Positions 50,149 through 64,000 of a stretch of DNA of 64,000 nt are shown here, piece by piece (positions within the stretch are counted from its first letter, which is position 1; every line of letters starts with the position of its first letter). Position numbers and translations under genes: made by a program. The notes beneath the pieces are model-generated. The model had not been told where the DNA came from, did not search any database, and worked only from the letters and a program-made list of their open reading frames with translations. The DNA is taken from assembly GCA_964035545.1 (NCBI GenBank), contig OZ037766.1, positions 9,538,722 through 9,602,721 of the forward strand, read 5' to 3'. Origin of the DNA: Bugula neritina. Its lineage: Eukaryota; Animalia; Bryozoa.

Positions 50149-53100
50149 ATGACGACGTCTGCTAACAGTATGAGCCTATCTAGCCATGACAGCTTGCAGG
50201 GATCAGATGTTCAAGAGACTAGGAAGTATATATTACTCCGTGACACTGTAGCTAAGGCCAGGTGGTCACATGGTGGCACCAGACTACTCTCCAAGCGAAG
50301 TGAGCAACGTGTGCTAAAAGGAAGTTTATGGCAAGAAGCCGACATGTTAGGAGCTGCCTGTCCTCCATCCAACAGATCTTACAGCAGATCCAGCTCTGTT
50401 TCGTCTCCTCACGCTAACCTCCAGTATAAGCAGACTGTTGAGAGTCTGGAGATCGAGGATTTATCTTTGCAATGTGCTTCCGCCTTTCTGGATGAAATAT
50501 CTAACGAAACGTGTCGACTGTTGCTGGCTATTCCAACTAGTGAAGAGAGGTTTTACATTCACTCTGACACCTTGCGTATGCAACATGCTCAGTTTATTAA
50601 CGTTGGAGCAGACGTCATTGTAACCAAACGGAATATTCCGCCGTGCAGGGCTACTGTCAAGTGGAAAGGCCGGCTTGTTGGGAAACAGGGAGTTTGGTTT
50701 GGTGTGCAAATAATTGTAAGCAGCATAAATAAGACTTTACACATCAGTATAATGAGTTGTATTTGTTATGTTAGAAGTTTATTTGAATTTACCAAATGAT
50801 GCCACCTTGTTGTAATTGATGAGTTAATGTTTTGAGCTATGTCACACTAATTTTCTAAACGTTGGGGGAAATGAGTGAAATTCGAATTCAAAATATGTAT
50901 TATTACATTGGGGCACAAGTATTTATGCCCAATTAAATTAAATCTGATGAAATCTATCCTACATTATTTATAATTGTGCAAGAACTGTCTACCAAATAGG
51001 CCTGGCTCTGCAGGTAACTAAGGTGAAAATAGGGCCAGAATGGGTAAGGCAAGGTTGGGCTGGGGCAACTGCACAATTATGTTATAGGTGGAGAGTTGCT
51101 AGCATATTGGCAGCTGCTGTAATCATATAAAGGGTCATCGCATTTACTTATTGGATAAGTTATGGGATCTTCCTAGTGCTGTATTGATTAGCTAGCATAC
51201 AATGTATCAGAGTGTAGGTTATTCTCCCATACTTGTAGTTCTCCTTATGCTGGTTTCCATATTACTAGCTGTGTGTACAATAATTTAGAAGTACTCTAAG
51301 AATATGGATTATTCTCTGTATTTCAACGTATAAATTACTTACTTTTCCTCTCAGCTGCTTGCATAAGTGCTACAAGATGTAAACATTTTACTTTCCTCTC
51401 TATGTCTAATCTAAACCATTGGTGTAAGGGAAGGCAATTGTAACCTGGAAAGTTGCTGTTTTATTTAATCATTTAACCATTAGTAAGTGAAAACTTGCAC
51501 ATGTTTTATTATTTAGTATTGACTATTTACAAAATATTCTTAGGACGAAGAAAGCAAAGGCACAGGAGATAGTGATGGTTCAGTGAACAATATTCGATTG
51601 TTTACATGTGAAAAAAACAATGGTATGTTTGTAAATATTGCTCAGTTGATGCTAGTTCCACCAAAGAAGCCCCTAAGAAGGCCAAAGAAGAAAGCTCCGT
51701 CTACCCCGAGTCAGAGAAGTTACAACATGACCAACGGTAGTCAGACTAGCGGAGATCAGTATCTGAATGACTTAGTGAGTCAAACTGAATCAGAGCTCTC
51801 CTTTATGGATGACGTAGCCAGCGCAGAAACTGTGCCGTTGATTGATCTGCAAGTTAACGATAGAGTGGCATGGCCTTCCGATAAAGGATATGAAAAGGCA
51901 CTTGTCAGATGGATAGGCACTCTGCCTGAAGATGATTCACTTCATGGAGAGATTCTAGTTGGGGTAGAATTTGTAAGTTGAACCTAAATGTCACTGCTTA
52001 TACTTTTAAATATTATATACAATAAATGCATGCTGTAGGCTAAGTTTCACCTAAGTAAAGTTTCATCCACTGCTTTTGTTTCTACTATAATGGGTTACGC
52101 TTCTTTAATTGAGCTTAGAAAGTGTCAGTCAGAAGTGATTACATAAATTAAGGTATAATCTTAGTTAGGAATGACCTCATAGTCGCCTAATCATAGGTTA
52201 AATTATCTGGTAGATGTACGTTTTTTGAGAAAACAAGATTGCTGTCAATAACTGGGCTTTACTCTAAAGGAGTGGAGCCCTGCATGCCAAGCTTGTAGAT
52301 AGCCTCTCACAGTATGCGAGCAACATATATTATTTTTAAATTACAAGCATGGGGAATCATGCAAAAATGCTGATATGGATATTCCATTTAAGCACACACC
52401 CTGTGAAACTGCAGCAGCAAGCTGCTATACTGCCGTTGTTACTACCAAAAGTTCTGGCTAGGCAGAAAGCATCTATATTTGTGTGCAGATGGTGGGAATT
52501 AGTGATAGAACTCTACCCTACATATTTCATTAGAATAACTTGTAGAATTTGATCAACTGTCCAGCTAATTCAATAAATTGAGGAGGAACTTCAACATCCC
52601 ACATTCTCTGATTTTCTGTAAAAGTTTTCGTTGGCAGAATTGGCCGTTCAAGCTTTTCTGAAGATGGCCCGTCAACCAATTTTTTTAACTTGTAATCTAT
52701 GAGGCTACCGATGCTGATTATTTTTATCATCTGTTTCTCATTAGTTTAATGGCTTTTGTAATACTATTTTACTAAATAAAATCCATTTCTTTCAGATGCT
52801 AAAACTTCAAAATGTAACTATGATTTTGTTCTCAATAATTGGTTTACTCATAAAAAACCATAATTGACGTAACGCAAGGCTGCCGGCAGCTTAAAGAAGC
52901 ACAGCTTAGCTCATGCTGTGTAGTTGCGTTTTAAGTCAGCACTTTCGCCAGATCTTTCTATTCATTAAACATCTGGGCTATTTATGATTTCCCCCCAACT
53001 CCTAAAACCATTTAGTAGCCATAATCATAATGGAAATAAATATATTTTATGCTTCTAAGCAGGAAAGGTATTGATTCAAAAGCTAAGAAAGAAATTGCAA

Positions 53101-56100
53101 CTAATTATGCAACTAATTTCATGCGATGCATATGTGCTGAAGCTGATGATATATTTGCATAGAGTACTGTGCTCTCCGTGTTTGGTATTTTCAAACTGTG
53201 CTGTAGTAGCACGCCTAGTATTCAGTTGATAATCAGATTTACTGCTGGTAACATAAGTTGCCTTCAAATGTAGAAAGAAAACACTAAAAAAGCTTGTAAT
53301 TTAGTGCAGTACTATTGGTATTATTTGATGCATAATGGTGGTGGTCGATATATGCAGTAGCGTGCTGCCTTTATTTTAGCTTTGGTTTGCTGACTATTGA
53401 ATCTTTAGTGTCACTTTATGGTTATAAACTTACATGTTTTAAATATGAAATTACGTAACTTGAGAAAGTTCCTAATTGGCAACTAATTTCTCTTGAACTG
53501 GAGGTTTCAGCAAAGAGCTGATTGCTACTTAACTAGCTCAACTGTGCTAATGATTATTATTGTGATGGGAATAATACTTGAAAGTGGTAATTTCAGCTTG
53601 CCTTACAGTATCCAGCTTATTGAATAGCCAGTAAATACAGTATTTGGCTAATTTGTGCTTTCTGCCCTGGTGTAGAACATCCTACGGTTAGTTGAACACC
53701 AACAGAACAGCAGCTAGAACAAAGCAATTTCACTTAAAGTCATTTTATGAAATAATTTTTTGTAGGCTTTTGCAGTTTTGAATAAAATACTTGTGTATGA
53801 TTGGTTTTTTGCACTACTGCAATAAATCTTATATAACACTGTAGTGCACTACTTATCCTAAACTTAGCCATTACGCCATTTGACCATTTCAAGTAAATTA
53901 TAATAGTTGCATGTGGAAGCCACTACTCTAGTGTTGTATTGAATACTAGTAATAGTGGACAGCAGAGACAAAAGGGTGTGAAACAAATTAATCAATATAC
54001 TATAATACTGGGAGTAATAACGCACATATTAATGTGTTTATTTAGCGTTGACCTGAACGCTGTGTTTATATATAGAGTTCTCTAGCCACTCAAATAAATA
54101 TGATGTAAATTAATTGATCAGCAGGTGATAAAGAAGGCTCCCAATTGAATGTTTCAACATTTTAATATTTTGATAAAGTTAATTGTTTATTTCTAAATGA
54201 TAAACTTTTACGTAATAGCTGGTGGTAAATAAATATTATTTTATGTATATCATGGTGTTTTGTTGTAACTATTCAAGCTAGTGAAAGTAAACTGTTGTTA
54301 TACAAATGCCCAGCTGCCTGCGATGGCTGCCTGAAGGGTTAACAACATGCAGTTTATGTTCTTAATATTTTTGTTCCTATAGTTGTGTCACTCTGCATAA
54401 TGACACCCTATTAGCCACAAACAATGGAATAATGGAGGTCTTTGGGAATAATATTTGCTGTTTTGTCTCTGTTCATTTGTATTTGTCTGTAGCTCATGAG
54501 GCATTCACTGCTCAGTTACCCCAGTCTTTCATATATCGGGGTTCTGTTATTATATACACAAGGCATAAAGAAAACTTTATTTTAATTACAGGCTGTGTGT
54601 ATTTTACAACCTGGATGCTAATTAAATGCAATTTGATTCAATAAGCATACCCACTCAACCAACGCCATATTTATTTTAAATCAGTGGCAGTAATACTGGA
54701 AGTCAGCAGGATTTGCTGGCAGATCTCCTTTCATATTTAGTATATTTACCTTTCATCATACCAAATAGCAAATCTACTTCACTTTCAAGTGTTGATCAAT
54801 TCTATTTTATTTTGACTGTCACGAGCCATCAAGAGGGTTGGCTATGGCTTCACAACTCATACTCTAGACTTATCCTAATCAGGCATTAACGCTCTATTGA
54901 AATATCAGTATAATGTATGGAAGTTAGACAAGTTCTAAAGTGTCCACTAGTGTTTCACTGCTACCTAAGGGTCAGTATGTTGGTCGGGCAGCAGGCTCTA
55001 GTATTGCTGGAAAACATGCAAAATAACATCATTTTACAAAGTTGATTTCATCTCTTTGCATATTAATATCTGTATCCTAAATATCAGTTTGAGGGTTGTC
55101 TGTTACCCAAGATTATATCTGAGCTGGGCCAAAGTTTGGGCGAAATAATACTAATCCAAGTTCAATTCAAGTAAAGCAAAAACAATGACTTGGTGTAAAT
55201 GTGAAACACTTTGACCCGAATCAACAAGGCATGTAGGGGTAAAATTAAGTAATTTAGAACTTTTGGCTTGTTTTAAATTCTTAAGTTTTGCGCTGAGTGT
55301 ATATGAAATTTCAAGTCGAAAGAATCGAGAGGAGGATTTATGGCCATATAGGGGGAGGGGAGGATTCGTCTACATAATAAGGGTAGGGGTAAGCTATGAG
55401 TCACTTGGCGAACTGTGACATCACTGGATTCAACATAGTTATGTCACAGTTGGGTTTCTTCAATACTTACACTTACTTGCTGGATCAATCAATCTAAGCT
55501 ACTTATGATATGTGGAAATATATGGAACTACTTTGTGTTTGAGTTACTGCCCCTACAGCTGGCTGTGTCTACAGCCATGCAGCTGTACATATAGAACTGT
55601 TCTTTCCCCAATTATTACATTCAGCTAAATAGACTTTCCTTCACCCCTCCTGTAGGGTGCAAGAGAGTGCAAGTAAATAACCTGCGCTGCCTGCCAGTGG
55701 TTGAGTTTTTTATTAGCTATCAATTGTTGCCTCTAGACTTTTATTAGGAGTCAGGGAACTAGTGGTTTTCGCAGACAGAAAGGGCGGGTTGGGAGGTTTT
55801 GTCTTACCGCCCCACCCTGTATTTCTTGCTGCTCGGCTGGTTAGCCAAGCAGCTCTTCTACATAGTGTTGCCAGTTTAATATTATATTGATGGCTGTACT
55901 TGCTTGGTGTAATCTGGTACTGGTTTAACCTTTGCCGTAGTCTGCTATGTACTCTGTGCTATGTACTCTATACCACAACCTATACAATAGCATGTATGTA
56001 TATATATTCTACTCAGTCTACAGTGCTAGGCTACTGTTTTTGGTTTAGCCGCTTTGAAAATTAATTAGTTTCAGTATAATATTAATTTTTACCACTCAAA

Positions 56101-59100
56101 TACTATATACAAACCTCATGTTATTTATCAATAATATATTTCAATAATAATAATACGACATAGGTGAATAAAATTTGTATTAAGCCTACATGATTGAGCA
56201 GAATAATCAAATTTTTATACTATTCAGCGATTAAAGCTGTTGATAAAGTGCTCTCACCTTCTTGTTATAATTACTTATTTATCTTAAGGCTTAGAAGCAA
56301 TAATTTTATGAGAAGTGTTTTATGCACGCCAGCCTTCTTTTATAAGTTAGAACGGCTTAAACTCTCTTCTCCAGATTAAACTTAATAATACCGTCTGCCT
56401 GCTCAGCTCTATAGACTGTATTCTGTACTTTATGTAACCATACTCCTTCCAAATATTTACAAGTATTTACACTGCGGAATATCATTGCAGCTGCCAATAT
56501 TATGAGCATCTGGTGCATGCCATAACAATGATAATGTATTTAGTGCATTGCAATATACCACAACCAGATCCAGCTTAACAGTCTTAAAAATAGCACTCAG
56601 TAGCTCAAAAGGTTTCACTCCAATTATATAAAATTAATTTGATAGAAATAAGTAGGATGCCATGTTATTTGATTAAGGTTTCTTTTCATCGCGGTGTCAA
56701 TCATTTTCAACACTGCATTTCAAATATATACAAGTCTAGCTTGCTGTATTCAACATTGACCCGCGGTCTTGGTTCAAGTAGAACCTGCTGCGCTTGGAAT
56801 TTCTCTCTTGGGACTCGTTCTAAATCGTATCAGTATCAACGTAGACCTAAACCTGTTGAACACTATAACTACTGGCCGTTACTGGACCATCCAGTCCCAA
56901 AACACACTCATAGTTTGTGTTCGGTAAACTAAACGTGTTGGCAGTTGTTTACTCATTTCTAATTATAGCCTAATAAAAAATTTGAGACAAAATATAGCAT
57001 ATAAGCATTTTCAGATGTATGTGATCTATACATATCTAACCATTTTCAGTACAACAGCTCTACCTATAGTTATTGTCACTTAAGCCCCTGTTTGACAAAG
57101 CCTTTGTAACTATATTCCTTATTTTAATGTAGGCAATGTTTTCCCTGATAATTTTTAATTCTCTGAATGTTTTTTTACATTTTACTAAACAAAAGCAATT
57201 TATTTTTACTAAACAAAATATAATTAAAGCAATTAAAGTACTTCATCTTTTGAGTAAAGGGCAGTATTTTCAGAGTTGAACTTTTTGTGTGCTGTTATCA
57301 CTTCTGAATGTTGAAGTGCTTGTTGTAATTTAACAAGTAGCTGATATATTATCTTGGGCCAGCTATTCGTTGCATTTTATATAACACATCTTCTTATCAT
57401 TACAGGATAACCCCATAGGTAAAGGTACTGGTGTTTATAAAAACAAAAGATTGTTTGAGGCCAAGAAAGGTCACGCGTCTTTAGTGCCTGTTGATGGGCT
57501 ACTCAAGATATCCTCATCAACATCCTCTCTGCGGAACCCATCTGATTCCAGTAGCCAACTCTCCCTATCAAATCCAGCTCGAACTGAAGGTAATGGCTTA
57601 CAGCATCAGTAGATACTATACATTACGTTATGTCACATTTAATAGCTAATGTGGGAAATTTTCATCTGTCCCTGGCTTGTAGTTCATATTTCATACCTGT
57701 GTTATGTAATATTTTTTTTAGTCAAGTGATGATGAAATAAGACATGAATTTTATATTTTTAGTAAGATAGTTACTATATGATATACATGGCGATATCGTG
57801 TTGCAGTGACTGCTATGCTGTTACAGGTACTAGTAGGTCACTACACAGACAGAGAACTGCTGCCGATGTGCTAGAGTCTATAGGTATTGGCGACCTTGAA
57901 CCCTCAGACCTAAATAACAACAGCGGAGGAATGAGTCCAGAAATTAATGATCAAGCTTTTCCTTCCCCCAATGAGGATATGCTGTCTTCCCAGAAACCAA
58001 ACCTTGCCAGTGCTGATAAATCTGCAGACCAAGGTATATCTGTGGCCATTTCTTACCTGCAGTCAGTCTATTATATCATAAAAACGTATTCAATGCTCCC
58101 ATTAATACATCTGCACATCACTGAAGTAGCAATCGGCGTGTTGGAAGATCCCATGTGGTCAGAAACATTCTATCAAAGAGGTTCCAAAATTAAGTAAATT
58201 TGAAACTTTACAGTTGAGTAAACTGGTGCTGTTTGTCCTGCACTGAAAGTTTAATACTCAAATACTTCTGTTTCCATTGATATGTTAGACTTTATTTGAA
58301 GATAGATTTAAATCAACACATTACTCATACATCTTGTTAGTCTTGCTGTAGCTCTGTTGTATGCTTAAACTTGGTCCCCAGTGAGTTATCTCCCCTGCTA
58401 ATAGTTTGTCTTGGATCTAATAGTTTGGTATTTGGTACATACTCTGATTAGTAAAGTTAATTTAAACAGCTTAAACCCTAAGTGATAAGTAGACTAGTGG
58501 AAATATAATTTTTCTAGTCGACACTTTATGAAACTGTAAAGTCACTTGTACAGTTTTTTCAAGAACACTTGACTAGAATGAAGTGAATATTGAGTTAACA
58601 TTTCATTGGCTGAAAAGTTGACTTTTTGTTTGGCATATCTTTATAATGAGTTGATCAGAGAAGAATCCTTGAGTATATAAGTATGACCTTGACATTGTGT
58701 TCTTTCAGCAGGTTGACTAAGAAGTAATTGGCCATAAGTCCAATAAAAGTGCTTTTATATTTCTCGACAAATAATAAATGTTTATGTCCGTATGAAAAAA
58801 CAAATTTTACACTTTTTACATTTATTTTAGATGTTCTAAATTCAGCTGCAAAACCAAGTATTCCTGTAAATACTTTGGTTAATGGAAGTCTGGCCCACAG
58901 TGCCTGTTCACTCAGTTCGACTAGTTCCCCTCACAATCACAGTCTCTACGATTCCCCAGCCGCCAGACTTCCTGTTAATGGAGATAGTGTAGTCCCACCC
59001 CTACACACAGCTGACTGCAACGGTCCCTCAACTGACACTATGAACTCTGCGTTACACTCATCTGGTGCTACCAATAGCCATGCCAATTCTCGACTGGATG

Positions 59101-62100
59101 ACAATAGTTGGAGTGACAGTACGAGCAGTTTGCCCGAGTATGCTACTCCCTCTGTAGTTCCTCAATCAGTCAAGTATTTACCCGACAAGGTCGCTGTTCT
59201 GTCTCGTCAAATGCCAAAGCTGCACAAGTTTGCTAAACAAAATTCTTTCACTCGGAAAAAAATAGCAAGAGCTAAAAATGGACTAGTGAAGATACACCAC
59301 ACACCATCTTTGGATGTTAGAGAAATGCATGATATTGTTGATGAACTTTCATTAAATTCTTCTATGAATGTTTCTTCGATTGACTCTTTTTCTCAGAATA
59401 AACTTCTAGAAGATTCTGTAAGATTGCAGCCATCTCCAGAGCCTCAATTGGCTCATTCACGCAGCTCTGAGCTACTTGCAGAGGAGAATAAATATGCACA
59501 TGAAATAGCTCACGGTCTGTCTGTGAAAACTTCTCAAAGCTCCGAGACAGATCGCATGACGTCACCCTCTTCTTCGGAAGGAAGTTATTCACCGCAGTTA
59601 GAGTACCTGTCAGCGTTTTCTCACAGGATGCCATCTTCGTGTTTAGAAACAGACGTTGATGCAGGTATACTCAGCACGCCTGTCTGTGCGGTGCCTGCTC
59701 CATTCACAACGTCACATTCACAAGACAGCGCTGACAATGCTGACAGCGCATACTGCATCATACCAGACCCACCTCTCGAGTTTATGAACGACACGACTGA
59801 CGTTAGCTTGCATGTAGGGTTGTGGAAAGGCATTGCGGGTACTGTCTCTCCTGGAGCTAATGCTAACTTTGTGGAAGCTGTTCTATTTCTTCTTAGTGTA
59901 TCTACTGATATACTATGTGACACTGATCAGGAATCGTCTTACCCTACTCTCAAATCTTATCTCATGGAACACATTACTCTTCCACTGAGAAGGTATTGTA
60001 GCTTGTTATTAGAATTATTTTCTACTTTTAGTTTAAAATCACTATTACAAAGTCTACACCTTTACATATTATATACATACACACAGACGTCAGCAAACAC
60101 ACACACGCACACATGTCTGTATGTATATATATTTGCAGTGGAAGATTTATCGATGTGGATGTTATGAAGAAATGGCGGCAAGAACTGAACGAGATTTCGA
60201 CTGGACAACTGCTGCCGGTAAGCAGTGGCCGGGAGATGCAGAAGTTCCTCACGCTGCTGCTGCAACACATTTGCAATTTACACCCACTGCACGAGTTCAA
60301 GTGAGATATTCTATCAGCTAGTATTTAACTTGAAGCTGTTTTGATCTCCAGGAGATTCGAAAACTTTTTTCATAGAAGCTTTTTGAGATTTATTGAGTCT
60401 ACTTAGAATAAAGATGATATATGTTAATCAGAAAAAGTCAGTCACCTAATATAAAAGGGTAGCTGTTAAATAATTGTATTCTGTAGGGTTAAATGATCCT
60501 TTTTCTAGAATAGTGTGTGCCCCATGTTTGTTGGTATCAGTGCGTGTCATGAGTCTTAACGTTACACAGAGACTGCTATGCGGATTGGTCTCTGTGCGAC
60601 AAACTGTAATATTTACCTGATTGTTTACCTGTAAAGGCAGCAATTGTTGCAGCAACCTGAAAGCTGACTATACGATGACTCTGTTTGCTCACAAAGATGC
60701 CAGAGTAGGATTCCCTACTGTTCAAAAGTTGTTAGAGAAAACTTGTATACAGGAGAAAGTTAAATTCAACAAGGTATGTCGATGTATCACACTGAGGACT
60801 GGGTGTTAGTGCAGTGTGTGCCTTGCTTGTGTATAGCGTACTAAAATATTTTTACAAATAATACATGAATGACAAAATGAATGAAATTGATTATCCCAAG
60901 TGTGAGAAGTATGCACTCTGTGTTGGAGTTGTTCACACCTTTATTTTTCTCTCTATTGAGCTACAACTGGTAACTAAGGGTCCTAAATGCACTTGTTTGC
61001 ATTAGGTATTATGAAAATAGCACTGCTAATGTACTTTTTCAATAATATTCAATTGGCAGTGTTGTTTTGTTCCTTGATTTTAGAAAGGTCAGACTAATAA
61101 ACCTGTTGGTTGGAGCTGAAATCTCTTTTAATGCTTAATATATAGAATTAATTGTTTCATGTTTTTAAGAACGTTTGTTCTAAATTTCTCCTATGAACAA
61201 TTAATTTATTATAATGTAAGCAGAGACTGACAAGGTATAGCAACAGGAACAATCATAATATTATTTCTAATAACATTTTATTATCTAGTAAACAATATTG
61301 TAGATAATATCTCTGAACAGTGTAGTTAGACAGATTATTCTTTGAAGTTGTTGATTCAAACTATTTGAGAAAAGTTTTAAACTAAACAGCTATTGACCTC
61401 TTGACCTATGACTTTGACTTGCAGGTGCCAGATAATTTAATACTTATTTTGCCAAGATGGAGTCTGGGTGAAGAAAAAATATTTCCAAACCTTCACATTG
61501 ACTTGACAGATGTGTTAGAATATGGTTAGTGTGAGATGCAGTTTTTTATCTGACCATGTTATAAGCTCTAAAATAATCAACTTTTACGATGTGAATAATT
61601 TTATATGCAGTGAAATGTTAACATAGAAATTATAAACTAAAACTTTTAAGCCAACTAATTGATAAAGTTTATTTCATGCAGTGTTATTGAGGATACAAAA
61701 AAGTATTGGGTTGCTTCCAATAATCATCCAATGATATTCCGTAAGACAAAATAGTTGCTGTGAGTCTTAGGCTCACTACAGAACTATTTAATAATTGGGA
61801 ATTGTGTTTTGTGAATGTTAAATAAACAATATTAGTTGGTAATTGTGTTGATTAGTTGGGAAAAACTCTTGCTTGCAAATTGTAAGCAATTTTGTGAATT
61901 TTTTAAATAATTTTCTAAAACTTGTGTAGATATGCAATACTGCATAACACAACTTTTCCATTTTAATTTAGTTTATTCCAACTGTTTGTTTTATTAGGTT
62001 AAATAAATTGTGTATGTCACTGCAAAAAGTTTTTTCCTAAAGAATAGCACCTTTATAGGTTTTGGTTACATTGAAGATGAATGTTCTCTCTAGCTATTTT

Positions 62101-63635
62101 AAAAGTTGCCTATAATAAGACAACCCAATCGGATAAATTTCTAATTTTCCTTAGCTTTTTTGTGTAAATTCATCTTTACAAAGTATAGAGAATATTGGTT
62201 ACCCTCCCCCTAACATGTGGTATAACTTTGAGACTGACTGTGTTGTAGCTAAGAGAGTGTGCCACATGTGTGGAGACCAGGCAGTGTTTGAGTGTCCAGA
62301 GTGTTATGAACAAGAACACACAGATCTATCTTCAGCAGCTTTCTGTCAGCCATGTTCACAAACCGTAAGTTTTAATTAATTGTCTTTTTATAACTTCTTC
62401 CTCTAATTAAGTTCATATAAATGTATGTGTGAATTGCCAGTGTAATTCGAAATGCAGCAAAGCAAAGTGTTCGTATCTGGTTAAAGTTAGTTATTACCGA
62501 ACTATTTTAATCAGGACTTTTAATATTCAGTTACCTGTGTTTCCGGTTTTCTGTTTTGCGTTGATTTTCCTTTAATCCCAGAGAAATTCGCACATCTTTT
62601 AATATCAAGGTCGGTGGTAACTTTACTTCGGTTTTGTAGATTCACAAACACTCAAAAAGACTGAAGCATATGCCCGTAGAGTTGAAGATGGTAACACAGC
62701 TGGGAGATGAAGAGAGTTCTATACTAATACTGAAGGGTATACTGTCTGTACACGGCAGCAACTACACTACTCTGTCTCAGCCACCCAGGACATCTAGGAA
62801 TTCACTTCACAACTCCACTCTTCCGAACTGGCTCTCTTTCAACCCAAGAGCTGCTACTAATGGTACAATATATACTCTTTATATCTATACTCTGTAGGAG
62901 CGAATAGTCTTATATCTTGTTTGAACTACAAGAACTTTAGTAATTATGTTGTTGAATTGTTTTGGAGTTATCTTTTCAAGAGCCAAAGTTTCAGTTTTCT
63001 TTGAGTGTTGAATTACTGCTACAACTAAATGTATGTCGGCTACGTTCAACTTTTTCAGTGTTTTGGTTTTATGTGGATTTTTAATTGTTTTAAAACTTGA
63101 ATTTTGGGTTGGAGCATTTAAGCTGTCTATGATTACTTTTCCCAGGCCTCAGAATTATAAAGTTGTGCTGAAAAAGAGATTATATTTTAGCTCAAAATAA
63201 ATTTTCTACTTTTTGTGTATTGTCTACTAATAACTCTTAAATCAACAGCCATTTCTCAAACTTTTTTCTAGTAATCTTGTAATCGTCCAAATATTTTAAG
63301 TTTATAATTGAAAAAGTTCCTACCTTTTTATCAACCTTATAAATTCCTAAATCCAATCTCAAGTATGTTTAACCTGTATATATTTTGCAATTGTAATAAA
63401 TTAGATAGATGTCAATTTTCTCCCTTAACATTAAATGCTATGTTCTGAATATTTTATAGATTTCACTGGAACAGAGTCTGTATCTCACATACCAGAAGTC
63501 ATGCTAGTGGAGTCGGTGCCCAACTGGTTGTCTATGGATGCATATGATTGCATGGCTAAAGACATCAACACTATACCAGACAATATTAGACAGTTACTTC
63601 ATAGCTGCTGCATGTGTGTATATAGCAAGTCATGA
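50149..63635 (+). CDS. CYLD-like protein (2 CAP-Gly domains, long Ser/Pro linker, USP domain with B-box insertion), ~1148 aa, predicted catalytically dead
   Basis: 11 phase-consistent exons: 50149-50715, 51544-51972, 57406-57589, 57827-58033, 58831-59992, 60139-60300, 60653(or 60641)-60773, 61425-61524, 62249-62364, 62640-62862, 63460-63635. CAP-Gly motifs (WFGVQI..GDSDGSV..LFTC; VGVEFDNPIGKGTG). CYLD-type segments GFPTVQKLLE, ILPR..KIFP, CHMCGDQAVFECPEC..FCQPC..IHKHSKR, IPEV, CCMCVY. Confidence 0.9.
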
Positions 63636-64000
63636 GTTGAGCATGCAACTTTATTCAGAGCCTATCCATGAGATTTGATTGAGGCATAATAGAAGCAATT
63701 TTCTAGTTTTTGTTGGGGTGAAACAGATTTTGTCACTGAAAGTTCAGTATTATTTACTTGATTGTTTACACATAATTAAAAAGATTATTTCGTTGAAATT
63801 GTCATGATTTATACACTGTATGCTATAATAGCAACTTAGAAGTAATGAAGAATCTCAGAAAATTCATTTTTCAATTATCAGTCATATTATGACTGATACT
63901 TTCAAAGTTTCTGCATGACAGATTGCATACACAACTGCTATATTGAAGTTAGTACACTCTATGCAGCTTGTGGATAGACTTTTTATATACTTATGTATAT

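Noticed and set aside
59362-60300. Antisense ORFs over the large CYLD-like exons (also 14658, 28098, 50461)
   Set aside because: Shadow ORFs of real coding or transposase sequence with no independent motifs
1-64000. tRNA, rRNA, snoRNA, SECIS elements or U12-type introns
   Set aside because: None recognisable by eye; all modelled introns are GT-AG and no in-frame TGA was needed. A covariance-model scan would be required to exclude small RNAs.

Overview
AT-rich, intron-containing animal (invertebrate-type) genomic DNA; most ORF-track entries are spurious or single exons. Joining exons by hand at GT-AG sites with phase checks gives seven protein-coding genes. (1) A FKRP/LicD-family type II membrane protein on the minus strand that runs off the left edge. 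(2) Its divergently transcribed paralog (+, 9206-19396, 12 coding exons, ~615 aa). (3) A PAPS transporter SLC35B3 homolog (+, 22359-30008). (4) A GT31 beta-1,3-galactosyltransferase-like gene with an intronless CDS, nested antisense in a SLC35B3 intron. (5) An uncharacterised basic Ser/Pro/Arg-rich protein (-, ~30974-36058). (6) A ZSWIM7/SWS1 homolog with a 22-nt microexon (-, 38358-40127). (7) A CYLD-like CAP-Gly/USP protein (+, 50149-63635). Mobile DNA: a deleted mariner, a Mutator-like non-autonomous element, a MITE and two 5'-truncated LINEs. Most notable: the CYLD-like protein has Asn at all three catalytic-triad positions (likely pseudo-deubiquitinase); the nested GT31 has a degenerate DxD motif; the FKRP-like paralogs share a 167-bp probable gene-conversion tract; four Golgi glycan-modifying genes lie within 30 kb; and 3-periodic 'A-N-T' tracts sit near gene 5' ends and host several TE insertions. 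Comparisons to human proteins are from recalled sequence, not from a search.
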